DNA of 64,000 bases, taken from Monocercomonoides exilis PA203 (lineage: Eukaryota; Protista; Preaxostyla). The stretch covers positions 1,860,001 to 1,924,000 of the forward strand of contig LSRY02000006.1 of the NCBI GenBank assembly GCA_001643675.2. Reading direction: 5' to 3'. Position 1 is the first letter of the stretch, and every line of letters starts with the position of its first letter. The notes under the pieces are model-generated. The model was given only the letters and a program-made list of their open reading frames with translations, was not told the origin of the DNA and did not search any database. Of the stretch, positions 51,701-60,600 are shown piece by piece. The translations under genes and the position numbers were made by a program.

Positions 51701-54357
51701 CCTTGAGAAGCACTGGTGAATTCTCCTCCTTCTCTTCCTTTTGAACTTAGACGATTCGAAAGGGTTGTTTGACGTTGTGCTGATGATGATGATGAATTGT
51801 ATCCATTCAAAGTTGAGTTGTTTAGCTGTGCAGTTGAAGAAGCAGAAGGCGATGAAGAAGAAGTTGTTGAGAAAGAAGCATTCGACGGCAGTTTCAACAG
51901 CTCCACAGAAAGAAGATTGCTGAAAGGCATCTTCTGTCTTTCTGGAACATCATCCTGAACAGAATCCTGCTGTTCATTTTGCCTGCCTTCATCAACATCA
52001 TTGGCTGATGCTGATGCTGCTGCTGCTGTTGTTGAAGCAGAAGGTGATAATCTGCGCTTCCTCGAAAGCAGCTCTGATGCTCCTGATGACAGAGAAGATG
52101 AAGAAGATGATGATGATGACTTGTTATCAGACATCGATGACATCATTGCTGCTGTCACTCCGCCAGATGGTGTGTTGATTGTGATGCTGCCGATTGGCCT
52201 CTCCAAATGCAGTCTCTTTCGAATCCACAGCGAGGGCTCTCCCTTCCTCACCCGCCACTCGCGCTCCATCGAGCAGACACGAGGTGTTGTGTGTAGAAAG
52301 CGAGAGAGAGAGAACGGGGTTGATAAGTTTGCCACAGACAGCATGGTGTCTGTGCAGAGATGTGTGAGTGTCAGTATGACTGACTGCGGGACAGGCATCC
52401 CGGGGGCAAAGGGCGGTGGGAGGGTGACGCGGAAGAGCGTGTTGAAATACAACGTACGCTGCAGCTTCCGCGGGTCGCCCAGCGCCACAACACTTTGCGT
52501 GGAGGATGAGCGCTGCGAAAGAATGTCTGTCAGAATCTTGCTCTTGAGTGTTGAGTTGCTGCGCATCTGGGATTTTGACGAAGAGGAATTCGATTGTTCG
52601 TTTCTGGATGAAGAAGAAGAGGAAGAAGAAGATGATGATGATGATGATGATGATGAAACATCTTTTGGAGTCTTTCTGTCTGGAGAGTTCATGTAGAAAG
52701 GCAGCGTGCTGCAGACAGACGAAGAAAGCGAGAGATGAAGAAAAGGCGAAGCAAACGAAAACTTCAGCGGAGGAATGTAAAACGGAACTTTGACAAGGTC
52801 TTCCTCAGAGTTGGAGGCTGACTCACTGGAACTTGACTGTTTCTGTGTAATTGCCAATTCGCCTTCTCTTTTTTTGTCCTTTTTGTCGCCTTTCTTTTTC
52901 CCGTCATTTCCAATCTTCAGCGCAGCCTCTTTCGCAATCCGCTCGGCAAGTTGTGTTTCTTCCAGCGTCTTTCGGCAGAGCTGGCTAACACTGAAGGCAA
53001 TTAGTGGAGTGAGGGCATCGACATCCGTGCAGCACAGACAATCTCCGCTCAGAAGATGGCGCAGAACAACCACATCTCCATTGCACAAAAGCGGCTTTGC
53101 TTTTGAAGGATACGAAATGGTTGGGAGCTTCGCTGCAGGTGCCTGTTTGCCTGCAGGTCCCTCCTTAGCAGTTTTGTTGCTGTTTTCTATTTTCCTCTTT
53201 TGCTTCTTCCAAGGCTCAGTCTTTGAGAGGGGCAATAATGCAGGGTCAGTCATCATAAGCTGCAGGTCGTTTGGCGACACAATCTCAATCTCGAATGCGT
53301 CTTCCAAGTCGATCGTCGAAGGAGATACAGCAAGTGCACCTTTGCCACATGCTGAATCCATGCTGGCACCGTACGAGGATAAAAGAGAGGAGGCGCATGC
53401 GGCAGATGGGAAAAGCTCATTTTGCGTGACTGAGTCGTGTGAATGAGTGCAAAAGGTCATGTAATCGTACTTTGTTGGCTGCACAGCATCCAGCACTCGA
53501 GGACCGATAGAGGCATTGAGCCCCGCAAGCTGCGGAGATGCAGATTGCTGGAGGATATTTGCTTGCTCTCCTCTCCCTCGTGCTAGAATGTCAGCCACTT
53601 CTAGTAAATACGGTGCTTGATGTGTTTTTTGCTGCATTAAACCAATAGGAGCAACGTCATGTGCTTCGTGGCGACAGCTAAGACGAACAACTGTTCTATC
53701 TTTTAAATAAGGCGCAGAAGATGTTATGGAAAGAGAGGATATTCCATTTGATTCAGATTGAGGTGCAATTATCACTGTCCATTTCTGTGGAGGAAGTGAA
53801 ACAGATGGAGAAATTGTATGAGGTAAAGATGAACAAAGATCGTTTTTTCGAATTCTTTCTTGATGCTGCTTATTGAAGTGAGCAAGGTTCAATGTAAATC
53901 CTGTTGTTGGATGAAATAGATTCAAAGCATCGAAATTTCTGAGGTATTCACTCTTTGAAGATTTTTCATCAGCAGAATCCTTTGGTTTTGTCACAATCCA
54001 TCGACATGCATTTTCATTATCACTAACTTTTTTGCATAGAAACGGAACAAGTTCTCCGCTTTCCGTGTTAAATACATCCGCACTTGCTGATAAATAAAGT
54101 TTGCTCACAAAATTTTGGAGATAAACGATGTGACCGTATTGAACTAAATTAGAAGACATGGAATCATTGCCTTTGCTAACTAAAGATATTATCCAAGAGT
54201 TATATAACGCTTCAATTTTGGAATCTTTATCTGTCTTATTTGATTGAATCGCCACATCAGCGAGTCCCCTGAAGCCATTCAGCCTTCCTACAAATTTGGG
54301 TCCATTAATTTCTGTTTGAAGAAGAATGACAGAAGGAGATGATATGCACGATTGCAT
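36766..54357 (-). CDS. Giant IP3-receptor/ryanodine-receptor-family channel (5863 aa)
   Basis: N-terminal MIR/beta-trefoil-like motifs (YGHIVYLQN..KLYLS; GDVVVLRHLLSG). RIH-associated motifs LCYGH..AQDVLR and GPNETNQ, then SVEVVRD..FFFPIP and multiple TM helices. C-terminal CDNIFECF, LLNIISGIMIDTF, CFSCGL..HNPWRY. Confidence 0.88.
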   Translation of the reverse strand: MQSCISSPSVILLQTEINGPKFVGRLNGFRGLADVAIQSNKTDKDSKIEALYNSWIISLVSKGNDSMSSNLVQYGHIVYLQNFVSKLYLSASADVFNTESGELVPFLCKKVSDNENACRWIVTKPKDSADEKSSKSEYLRNFDALNLFHPTTGFTLNLAHFNKQHQERIRKNDLCSSLPHTISPSVSLPPQKWTVIIAPQSESNGISSLSITSSAPYLKDRTVVRLSCRHEAHDVAPIGLMQQKTHQAPYLLEVADILARGRGEQANILQQSASPQLAGLNASIGPRVLDAVQPTKYDYMTFCTHSHDSVTQNELFPSAACASSLLSSYGASMDSACGKGALAVSPSTIDLEDAFEIEIVSPNDLQLMMTDPALLPLSKTEPWKKQKRKIENSNKTAKEGPAGKQAPAAKLPTISYPSKAKPLLCNGDVVVLRHLLSGDCLCCTDVDALTPLIAFSVSQLCRKTLEETQLAERIAKEAALKIGNDGKKKGDKKDKKREGELAITQKQSSSSESASNSEEDLVKVPFYIPPLKFSFASPFLHLSLSSSVCSTLPFYMNSPDRKTPKDVSSSSSSSSSSSSSSSSSRNEQSNSSSSKSQMRSNSTLKSKILTDILSQRSSSTQSVVALGDPRKLQRTLYFNTLFRVTLPPPFAPGMPVPQSVILTLTHLCTDTMLSVANLSTPFSLSRFLHTTPRVCSMEREWRVRKGEPSLWIRKRLHLERPIGSITINTPSGGVTAAMMSSMSDNKSSSSSSSSSLSSGASELLSRKRRLSPSASTTAAAASASANDVDEGRQNEQQDSVQDDVPERQKMPFSNLLSVELLKLPSNASFSTTSSSSPSASSTAQLNNSTLNGYNSSSSSAQRQTTLSNRLSSKGREGGEFTSASQGDGNGSDKAVMTLHYSDIRGKSHLCVSFADVTKLSEEILHHCERASVMGTILSEPKLKHKLARLFRGEKNSKESGDSSDDEFDLDEEFDDFDELQIEEKQKKIVEESLHPGRVTKVSTLTTPQSTIFQELFPYLFASSARNAAALSLQSLPPSQQTATSLESSVRELTQLSLFLSSSPPVFDPPPITNGMLCLSNQNAASFSSSSFSSSSSSSSAVAAVSTYCRLPSLSASSSASTFFEATILTEEYLSLLYETHSSVSSLASLHRKNAAVGADGGAFHSLSSFPKFFESLSVLMKFLDVQTGNEGKITCAAQKIMQTRTQQAAMVTSAAITLAKKEVANTASVLAESASSSNSSSSSSSSSSSSSSLSPSSSASSSSSVLNKEEAAALEDVTGEKEKVAQTTARLDQSLSMCLSEINRFEREKHQRLMEQFRKQQMAAEASTARVVSGVVQSQRMQLRKEQNERSGIEDGEVDSFETDSDEYEYDDDDDDNNTDDDSFSGISSDVKTRTKLSASLRSAQQPMRRPIFTPIPLPSTTHVFSHQISPHPLAVLQETLLCQHTPLHVLLCIDDLFALFSAFFASSSSTTASSAASAVDSVSAAQLMPSLSSSSVSATLSPLLLSFPSLFPSAYLSFLQSLRLLTRLTFGSLKASSTLIPFSMWLWRCTIKAEETKLLLIRQLSQISAHTPLIAEAKRYLLNLLPCLPPLMPTAVDLFISLLSSAPPSLRFAAVPVSLMSAWMKIAEFDVKADEVEMKRLVEAQAGASAAASSSGSSAALPPPSSAASLYDGDSSGMSRIVSTSISRKFLTLFTAICSSKRIVHNPLSYNAVQAVLAAPSFASPDDISDSSSNSSTSFDSSHPRTNPSHSSRTPSCLLLPPTLCIVPSNFDSFDEMHLLTNAVPLVSSNPIEFGKDPFLFNDAPTPADADSPFLATEEKTGRILALSPVSSPSALFWHSTRNGNDQTAGSALTNTNSSASSTSSSSSSSSTSSSSSSSSSSSSSSSSSSSGKESKDSSSRLSTSLSHPIDVFTQTLLSSPFLLPHFQLHTGKVEELRYVFAPLALVKQQAALSSSSTRGQSMRDGSSSSEVIIPSVPVHRAKQFHTLTLSFLSFYIALAHSQRPGVLHLLRSLFPLPLLQHCISVTSASLNAYTPLQQSSSSSSSSSSSSSSLSRLRATAGAPLAIRTRLLMLSRLLYFSPGSWGDPLRTSSASSAAAALAAMAAAIGAQNGAKGKGDGKRSIWNMVDENAVAEKPAMQEAQENSERRWMLLVKGREKRSVKGQPNHLLFEPNETSLIVKSTSQSLSSAMGSSSASLWGSSASLSASAIHSSSSSSSSSISQSGVSATSSNLECFPYSLISNYTPATAIPKSASSAASAFVSALCESIMTVCEHAASFSPSDSATSTQIPSDNLFFLIQAALFVVYLLRTNQLCLMDISFETLRATLVAVKEFASTQSWKSATEGRILKREMERKMQEVKIMKKTKKTVEKKGKGKGKDKSELGKFDGKEQDSDESDEEEEMLTGKLFDYEEEVRKRKLAMEPDSQQRDPEWEMDYEPFFFTDTLNDDFNDSDAVATVRNGNNDEEMAVVPASFNQLQRDSLNKHDQSNFSDVAYGDGSVSVLCNPTQEKSVLIATFVETSVLPVARPFIQRSSTLFLHRLLLHTQHILFSLLEAVDDELLHMRVSVLHKLFVGIDSEWQTQKDKEKGKTRGGRNAGKENAQQDQSLLNGTGNPAECVYQQNLKGGIIRALETLSPTVMFGGTMKPAKELLSSNAHPLLHTHSVMLLSREHSSLFRTVSAMAGVEWHMADPLIIDEAAAAAAASGSVGASMASGMSVGSASSASASAASHDSGASSIMSHSADVPTSINRTQQRIKTLGTLLLWTADAIHAAEDEWAFIRRTYSSPLLVSASSPVSSNAQFRSSQSSLSSSSNIQSSALSTASLSTLPSWAHSVFEGGFKVDALRLSVCLNDIFRLLALMLFAIHDAPLPPAVAQLAGTLFTRSEISLHMRMQQPYEIVSTLINQIAQLASYPCPFEDLPHPQTPPCLALQHLFFSLDGIAIVSSIVRFCIPAELLPLLSIWDALKADSNNSSSSQQKIAAALATSQSLILYSEVEERIEQARDAAIASAISATGSKDRPALAMSSAGTVAETSPVNSLLRLCVSLLLSASEPPMNAIDLASTIPLLLVLSFHKVQIPRLIQLIHRAIQAISNSTGDASQTFSSGSKTGKSNEKLLTVKFACCLLKFGFELQLSREHSKRKLDIQKAKQMEKEFYQRQEQIDDSTTQSTPSKLPHNRSLSPMGKPNSSGSMSPSARSAASHSQNQALSSASFTNEHPVCIVSDVLASLAYNRKTPNLEAQLVLVAFLRSEAGRPIIDAFSSSFISSGVVSAKKSREDLAAQLSAVSVTDVKTAESPGMGNASMRRGSVSSLPRSAVSTDTKALSQNQMPRSSTPSRLDFTRQNQMNNQQKRPLQTPLSFLSPFKQQNNVAHSPSQSTLSTHSISSKASTSNSLFSPTSFLRFFTPSPSFFSSLSFHLSILSLLRSACAGGLSRSAQQFCRLSVPLAKVSSVLSDTTLNSVIRKAVATDEEVAEKRKNAEEKKRKMLQKEQEKQRRRKERRMQKKKEKGLPVIPSVKGRRAQPFALSDGQPENELNEGVFDAQLGDVAENEEEEEEEEEEKEETDSEEESDNETDEDESDESLSIDRESEDDAAGRDAHSSKGHLSPSSSSSSSSSSSSSSSSYPIYSSRTPAIGSSKPQNVQSNDTTLLQKLTNRIKVLSSYLSFLDDVYLTPYCPTNTQSLSNDSSSRSSFTDTAPSESPLETLFTSPPSPYACAITLESDEIGILLNFFTTIIPLLNFLVRMNMALKSTSNAASSSSLALTNAVNNSATHAFSSNSILRRLVAGSRASSSTGSAPVSINQQMIAFQLMLNNLTFSLFSSLSHYVNTFFNTHFIQFVVDVCPSSSPLYSSALVQYHNQALSHSHTQAPPQLVQKLCSSVSLTPASAAASSSAAAAAVSESIPFRLSDSQLREVTILLEHATPALIHIQQQLIRCVNFALHPNEWLQHIDSKVTSPPTPESATGSFSSSSSSFSSSSSSSDSESKLQQANSVLEVAPISSLLFVVVQRFCSHMNGISSFLGLKQHQPVDDTPWLDTTIFSPSAEKPPAFVLFSSMLKSKWNLFCSAVARSLTSRIRFHSLSFFQCLSSISSQSSPSAVHLTGLLQTATFSVIPRTAPSVVVDSLAVERDFNAKQLWGSVVRGLILNFVFFFVQTLTPVSDLLHKTWEQHLEDSLVKALTPSASAASAYSSSIVESSLPSSSLIVDSTLNTIGLASLTDIIKKQHVAFDWGVCTDTIAVLLGDERKSKNGTGGFGLFMNGIAGQGLSSSSLSTEAGGDSKKAEGGCFVEEGPFEGLIDHGSEENMLRAIRILLFLVVGGNELVRKKLIDMMASNVGLQKVMRKTIGTTFEGIIKLATLRAQAHPWWKEVEGRMNEAVAAASSPIASAMIAQTSPYLSGTDSSEALNASSFTCSLFSEASPSSTARFRLIDSVLVLIGQLCYGHFKAAQDVLRGNSVYNVDAKAAIRGNNDIIMAIVEYLSALVPPSLPETSNPTFLSLSQTKQPSSSSSSPSSTPSQSPVHSRSSSLSPGSPNSSSFANLGQKKELKYSSSSLPSFNQIVSVDVGMTQLIEDKLPLSLSSSASDSIHPRSAKNTSKVSCSPSHLTISQTLVSSASEISATTLQHITVTIHTLASTLRGPNETNQDIIAHSAEGLALINSLFSLVLPMDEKGLTLLAREREERIDHIDHLSTLSNFWEYVTQRAWKVRNPYAQKTQCYPKSSTSDFLVSGQEVLGNWIPSLGERQLSAAMVTFARALVEGPSGAARALHLLRSTAMRRGLIRRLTALTAILRSDIMALYSSDGEREQLRDEGIECYILLRELSDRDQEVTRTTQGFFSTGKQGEWGVMEKIDLGDQEIMKEIERKKKTDMPKTEIQEAKKELKPLEDDSQSKKEQDKSKEKQQPSLIVVVPMNPDYSGSENDESESEDEEEMEERNEKKKPVNKSVRFKLDENSSSSASGTTQSKRSAKSQERNQQKKETSKTNTKGTVENKDKSKENNQNTTKKENSSDSGYNEGDAEDESEDSDGSEDDVLAAAGLEEHAHSRDDAVWLGCSGVYEPYFAPRITSVEVVRDKVMQQFFFPIPLLAREITEDDKRTVMDELDHSNLQGKLSEFTQRCSDMYEISQIKHGMKDWMKPKWPKAKKKQKNASKENENDNKKANAKSTQHGTSSSTSATSTSRSSSSSSRHNESSSLSSSSSSSSSVTSSTLSKMMNPFANAIAPKPEKDMIATSSLKRARYIVTRPFFHALLRIVFNIISLILNLVVILQKESDLSGDNVSNPATKSFTMLFAFILIILSGLILISRFMLNFHIKAERSFWMKQREQMKKKMEREGVLEKENESASGQKGGGGGSGSGGDSSSSSDEDSHESKNALAGADKEGDQSSATFNLVLEESAKTQSSSSFFFHARCYLMSILSNREVYYSVLFVLSSVLGMIVSPAFFLILLFDLLSQSRMITLIFRSITKNMSEILFTTLLFLALVYLYAIIGLRFFRSSFLVYSDDPDAGIVCDNIFECFLTLLAAVPTGGKWMQERFFFFQWDGSHENALKPLFDLLYLFIFYVLLSVVLLNIISGIMIDTFDELSDRRDAENIVRSERCFSCGLSANRFASRGLEFSVHRKENHNPWRYFACYVYLHEKVYGKRGKAKQQEEKKKKLGQRMKGKKGYESNGMSMDSVGAGGDSSSLVLQSSGGIDSATAASVDAVRERLNIIGGDELWLIGRILSNDTSFYPVGRVIAIEGEGHKKSSESDISSPSSDINLDGSGKTNTNTDTSSQSATSSDDSGTSKELQMGDKFDSTLYASSSKLIDGINPSTNQNGKVRKTVLSGKEQMLFETVLKEVEILGNQIDRIKTVLSDSQQNFNYT

Positions 54358-54687
54358 TCAAAAACTGCGCAAATCTCTTTTTCGGAATGATATATTTTTT
54401 AATGGGCAAAATCTTCAAATATTTGAAATTATTATTTGTTTGTGATGAATTTGTATCAATGGATTTTCTGATTTTGTTATCGAACATTTTTCAAAGATCA
54501 AATTATATGTATAATTAATTTATTCAGAATAACATTTTTTTGTTAGTTGTTTGTTGACGTTATAAGGTCGCAGTAAAGAATTATTTACATTTAGCCTTCG
54601 GAGCAAAATTAGTATGATTGGAAGCAACAAGAAAAATAATGTCATACGATTTGGTTTGGAGCCTTAAGAAGATAAATATTTGTAATT

Positions 54688-57600
54688 TTGTTTTTATTTT
54701 ATTTCTGTTCAATGGTCTGGTGTAACCTTTCAGAACTTTTAAAATCAAAAGATGAAAAAGAGACAATGACTATCAATTTAATACTCAAGGAAGCGGTGAA
54801 TCGATCTCTTCCTTTAATAATTGAAAATGCTTTTTTACATTACAGAGCAATGGAGCCTGTCGATGCGATGTACTCTTGGTTGATATCGACCATCCGATCG
54901 CCTAGCTCAAATTTTATCACTGTTTTGCCGAGCTTTCAAAAAGTTGCTTCGGACATCAATTGTATTGAACATTCACATCAACACTTCTCTTCGCTAATTG
55001 TTTTTCTCCTCTCGAATTGTTGTCATTCGCTTCTTGTTCGCTGCTTTAAATTATTTCATTCGTCTTCTCCGTTTATCAGTTTCATACGCTTTCATCATTT
55101 AATGAAACGATCAAATCAAAATGATTCAATCAAAAACCTAATCTGTTTTTTAAGTACTGGAGAAAAATACTGGAATCATGATCAAGAGGATTATCCGATA
55201 ATGAATAAAAATGAAAAAGAAGAATTTGATGAAGAGGAAGAGGAAGAGGAAGAAGAAGAAGGAGACGAAGAAGAGGAGGAAGAGGAAGAAGGAGGAGAAG
55301 ATGAAGAGGGAGAAGCGGATGAAGAGGAAATTGAAAATGAAGAAGAGAATTTAGAAGAGGAGGATGACGAAAATGGAGATGAAAGTGAAAAGTGCGATAA
55401 TGGTGAAGAAGAAGATGAAACAAAAAGGAAGAATACGAGTAAGGATGATGAATCCAATTTCAAAAGCGAAAAAGAAGAAAGTCAAAGAGAAGACCAGCAA
55501 TCAAAAGAAAATGCATCATTGTCGCATATTCATTCAGCATCTTCTGACTCAATCTATTATCCAAGTATTGGTTCATCAAGCGGACCGTCATGCATTTCAG
55601 AAGAGGATAAAGCAGAAATAGATCAAATTGCGAGCCAAAAAGGAAAAAGCATTTTTACAGACGCAAATGAATGGATGAAAGAAGCCGCTCTAATCACGAT
55701 TTGTTTGGAAGCAGCAAAACTTATTGAACACAGGCTGCTGAACACAAACGAAAAAATAGCGAGAAAAGAGAACAAAAAAAGTGGGTGTTGTCGTGTCAGC
55801 TTGAAAACCTGGATGGATAACCATTCAGAAAATAAAGATCCAGTTTTACAATTTTGTGGAGGTTTGTGCCCATTCCTTCCAGCATCGTTTGCGGAGGAAA
55901 TCGATAAAAGCGCAAAGATTATTTCATACGCTCTTGAAATGCAAAAAGGGTTAACGGGAAATGAAGAAACTGAAACTGAAACAAAAAGCGAGGATTCAAC
56001 TGTTGTTAAATCTGAACTCACAAATAAGTCAGACAGTCAAATTGGAAATGGTAACAAGCTTTCATCATTCGAAGAGAAAGCTAAAAAAGAACATGATGTT
56101 GAAAGATCAGATCAGTCTGAACATTCCTTTGACATTGTTATTCGGAACAACGATCCAAATAATACTCAGTTTGGAGCTTCATCAAATAGAACTTCAGAAT
56201 TACTTTCTGCAGATCCACAGTTACTTCTGAAAGTGTTACGGATGCTGTCATCTCCTGCTGCTTCTCTTCAGCATTCTGAAACTTCGACTTTACTTTCTTC
56301 TGGCAACTGCAAATTTTCAGATTCACAACAAACATACCATTTTGCTTTCAAACGAAGAATTTTTGAGCCTCTTTCAGAGTTTGTTGCCGGGATGATGGCA
56401 TCGGACAATGCAAGCGATGAACAAGAAGAACAACCGATACTTGATATTACATCAACTGAAGAAGTAGTCCCATTGCCTTTGAATCAGCACGATGAAAGCG
56501 AACAAGAAGGAGTATTTAAGCATCACATTGAAGATTCGACAAATGCAGTTGAAGGCGGAAGCAAAGAAGCTTCTGATGAAAACAGCGACGAGTTTTCAAC
56601 AATTGACGAAAAATTGGGCGTGACGATAAAAAAGCTATTATTGGATGATACCCAAAAGCAGAATGGCTCCAGTCAAGAGCCTGTTCAAATGGACGATGCA
56701 ACATTACAAAGTGAATTGTTGTCTCTTATTCAGCTGTGGAGAGAGAGAATGAAGAAGCACAGTGATAATTTGAGTGAAGAAGTTAATTGCGAAAATGATG
56801 CAAAAAATGAAGTGTCAGAAAATTCAGATAATGACAACAAAAAAGATATAAATAAAAAAGAATGTTCACTTTCGTCAAGAAATTCTGATGAGTGTTTGGA
56901 GACTGAGCAGGAAGAAAGAGAGATGTGGTGCATCGTCGCCAGCATCATATCAAAAAGAGCACGAAACCATCTTGTTGGCTGCTTGCTGATGAATTCATTC
57001 AGTGAAGAGTCGTTTTCGATTGAAGAAGCAACAAACGTAACCCAATCCTCATTACAAGACTCAACACAGCAGCACAATCTGTTCACTCCAATTTATATTC
57101 AACATACCGCTGACTCAATTCCGATCGTCCGCGGTACAAGCATAAGCGCAGCATCGCCTCAGGCGCCTTTCTACAGAAGCAAGATGAATGTGTTTATTGT
57201 GCAGCTTGCGTGGCTGATTCTGATCGAAGGCGAGAAAAAGATGATGTCGCTGCGAAGCGAAAGAATAAAGAAAAACATACAAAGTCAAAATGGAACAGAG
57301 AACAAAGATGGGCTAAGCACTCCTCGACGCAACAATGTTTGCGAAAACGAGATCCTTGCTACGCCTGCGCCTTCTTTTTCCTCCTCGTTTTTATCTTCTT
57401 CGCTTTCTATTTCACCACCAGCGTTCAGTCCAACGAGCTTCTCCAGCACGTCCTTCGTCCCGTCGACACTCGCATCTTCTTATGTCTTCTCTTCTTTTGC
57501 ACAGTCCATCCCATCCACGCCTGTCTCTGCCTCGCCTGCTGCATCGTTTTCTCAGTTTTCCTCGTTTGTCAATCACTGCCAGACATTCACTGAGCACTCT

Positions 57601-60600
57601 GCTTTTTTGTCGTCTTCTTTTTCTTCTTCTTCTCTGACCCCGTCTCGCTTGGCTCCTCAGGCAGACTCTTCTGCGGTGCCCTCGTCTGCTTCTGCTGAGC
57701 GGAGAAAGAAACTTCTTTTGTCTGTCGAAAGAGACCTGTTTATTCGCTGTGTGTGTCTCATGTGCAACATACAGCTGCCGCCCAGATGTTTTCCCAGAAT
57801 ATTCCTGTTCAAACCAAAAAGCAGTTTGATATCTGCTTCTTCTGATACATGTCTTGCCTTGACTGGTTCTGGTTCTTCGTTTGTTTGGCAGAACGGGCAG
57901 CAGCTGCAGCACCCTTCTGCGTTCTATGCATCTTCCGATGCTGAACTCGACTTTGGCTTAGCAGAGATGTTCAAGCATTCGAGTCTGCTGTTTTCAAACC
58001 CTTCTTCTTTTCTCTCTACGCTCTTTGGGAAAGCTGAGCCTCAGCCCAGCTCCTCCTCCCCGCTTGTTCCTCCGTTCTTTGTGAAGGCTCTTTCAGTTGC
58101 GGAAGACATCATCAAGCGCTGGAAAGTGGCAACAAAAAAACAGACTGTTGTGTTTTTGTCGATAACTGAGGCGAAGCTGGTGATTGTGCTGTCGAGACTG
58201 ATGGCTGAGCAGAATGCTCTGAAGGAAACACAGGCAGACTCTTTGTTTGTGTCGCAGATGAGCAATGGAGAGAAGAAGGAGGAAGGCAAAGTGAATGATA
58301 CTCCAGAAACACCAAGGAACACACTACAGTCAGACGCGAGCAGAGATGCACTGATTTCGTATGCCGGGCCAGGAAATAGTGTGCTTCAAGACAACGAAGA
58401 GAAGGAGAAGAAGCTGAAGAAGGACATGCTGGCACTCACAAAGAACATCAGACAGTTTGTGCTGATGAAGACAAAGAGAGAAAAGGAGCTTAGAGATTAT
58501 TTGGACAAGCTTGGCCAAGCAGAAGACTCGAAGACTCAGAACAGATCAATCGAGGAATCTGACCATCTGCTCTCCCAATTTGGAAAGACTCCTTCGTTTT
58601 TGTCTCTTCCTCAAGAAGCAATCGAAAAATTGTCCTCGTCTTTTTCAGTCGCACAGACAGATTTCAGCGCCATTCTGTCGAAATCTCAATCATTTGCTGT
58701 GTTTCTGTCATCTGTTCTTCCTCCTTTTGCCTCGTCAGTCAATCAGCTGATACGATTTTCACCCACAGACACGCTTTCATTGAGCCAGCTGATGTGTCTT
58801 CTGTCTCTGCACTCTTTATCACACATCTCTGAGTGCTTGACTGACAACACTAACACTTCTCAATCAGCTAAGCTATCCAATTCCTATCTGCAGCATCTGC
58901 CTTTCCCCACACAGCAGTTTTTGCTGATGATTCTGTCACATTTTCTGTCACTTCCGGTGGCTGTTGTGTCAACTGCCCCAACTTCGCTGCTTATTCACAG
59001 AATTCTGTGCCATGTGAATGTGAACAATATTTCTTTGATATCTTCAAAAGCAGAAATTGGAGATAACAAACAAAGCACAAATGCACAAATATTCAATAGC
59101 AGTGCAAATGCTTCAAAGGAGATTGATTTAACGCCTTCTTTGCTCTATTCTGCCCAGGTGGTCATTTTGCTGAGTTCTCTTCTCTTGCTCATTCGCCCTA
59201 TGACTCGTGAGGAGGTAGCAGAAGTGCTTGTGGATTGTGTTGTGATTGGGAGCAAAGTTCTGATGATGAAAGAGGAAGAAGGAAAAGAGCTGGAATCTCG
59301 CTCTGCAGCCAGCTCAGACGGAGGATCTAGCAAAAATCAACAGTCTTTTGAGCATGACTCACTGAAGGACTCGTCTTATTCAACAGAAAACATTCCACAA
59401 CCATTGCAGCATCAGTCGAGATCAGAAAACAGCACTGCCAAGCTGGTTTCTTCAGCTTCGCAGGAACAAGATGTCCTATCTACGCCAATCCAACCGCGTG
59501 GCACTTCTTTCCCTGTTTCCTTTTCTGACAGCAATTCACTTCACTCTACTTCTGCCACTTCGTCTCCCCCATGGAATCATTCACTGGACAGTGCTGGCTC
59601 TGTCTCATCACTCGCATTCATTTCGTTCTCTCATCTTCTCCCTTCGCTCTTCTCAATTTCAGAGTGCTCTCTCGTGTCTCTTCTTCTTCGCTCGTACAAG
59701 CTGTCATCTTCGCTCCTCTCCTCTTTCATCTCACTCTGCGACGCTCCACACATCATCCACAACATCGTCCTTTCCTCTTATTCGTCCATCGTTCTTCTTT
59801 CCTCCGTCTTTTCACAGAATCTGTCTGCTCCCACTGCAGACAGAGCAGCATTTCTGTCTGCTGTCCTGTCTCCCACAAACTCTGCTTGGTCTCTCTTCGC
59901 CTCTATCTTCATTTCGCGCCTATCTTCCAGCTCTCCTTTCGACTCATTCATCATCGAAGACGCAGACGATGCTGATGCAGAAATAGCATCAGACAGCACA
60001 AAATTATCTGCTTCTTCTCAAAATGATTCTTCTCTCATGCGCTCCCCCGAGCCAAACCCTGTCAGAGCAAGCTATCGAAGCCACAGAGACAGGCAGCGTG
60101 TTCACTCAATTGTCAATCCTTCGTTCGCTTCGTCTCCTCTCCGATTCACTTCAGAACTGGCCTCACGAGTGCAGTCAGACCCAACCTCATCCCCAACTCA
60201 GTCGCCTCTCACATCACCTGACTCCTCTTCGCTGGCATCTCCTCCCAATTCAAGTTATTTCTCTCACCAGCACAAGGCATCTGAAGCTTCTCCTGTTCTG
60301 ATACAGACTTCGTCTGGCGCTGCGTCTCGCGGAGTGCCTCTTCACGGAAACAGCGGGAACAACGGAAACGCTTCTGCACAGTCGCTCTCTGAACAGTTTA
60401 TGCCTTCGCTCAAGTCGATCAACTCTTCTGTTGTCCATGCAGATTCTGCGGTGTTCACGTTCTCGTTTGAAAACAGGCTGAACCGCATTACGGTGATTGA
60501 CGAGGAGAGCGAGCAGACAGACGAGCTTGAACGGCAGCGGAGGGAAAGCAACGCCCGCAACGAGAAGGTGCTTGAGAAGTACCAGCAGAAAATGCTGTCT

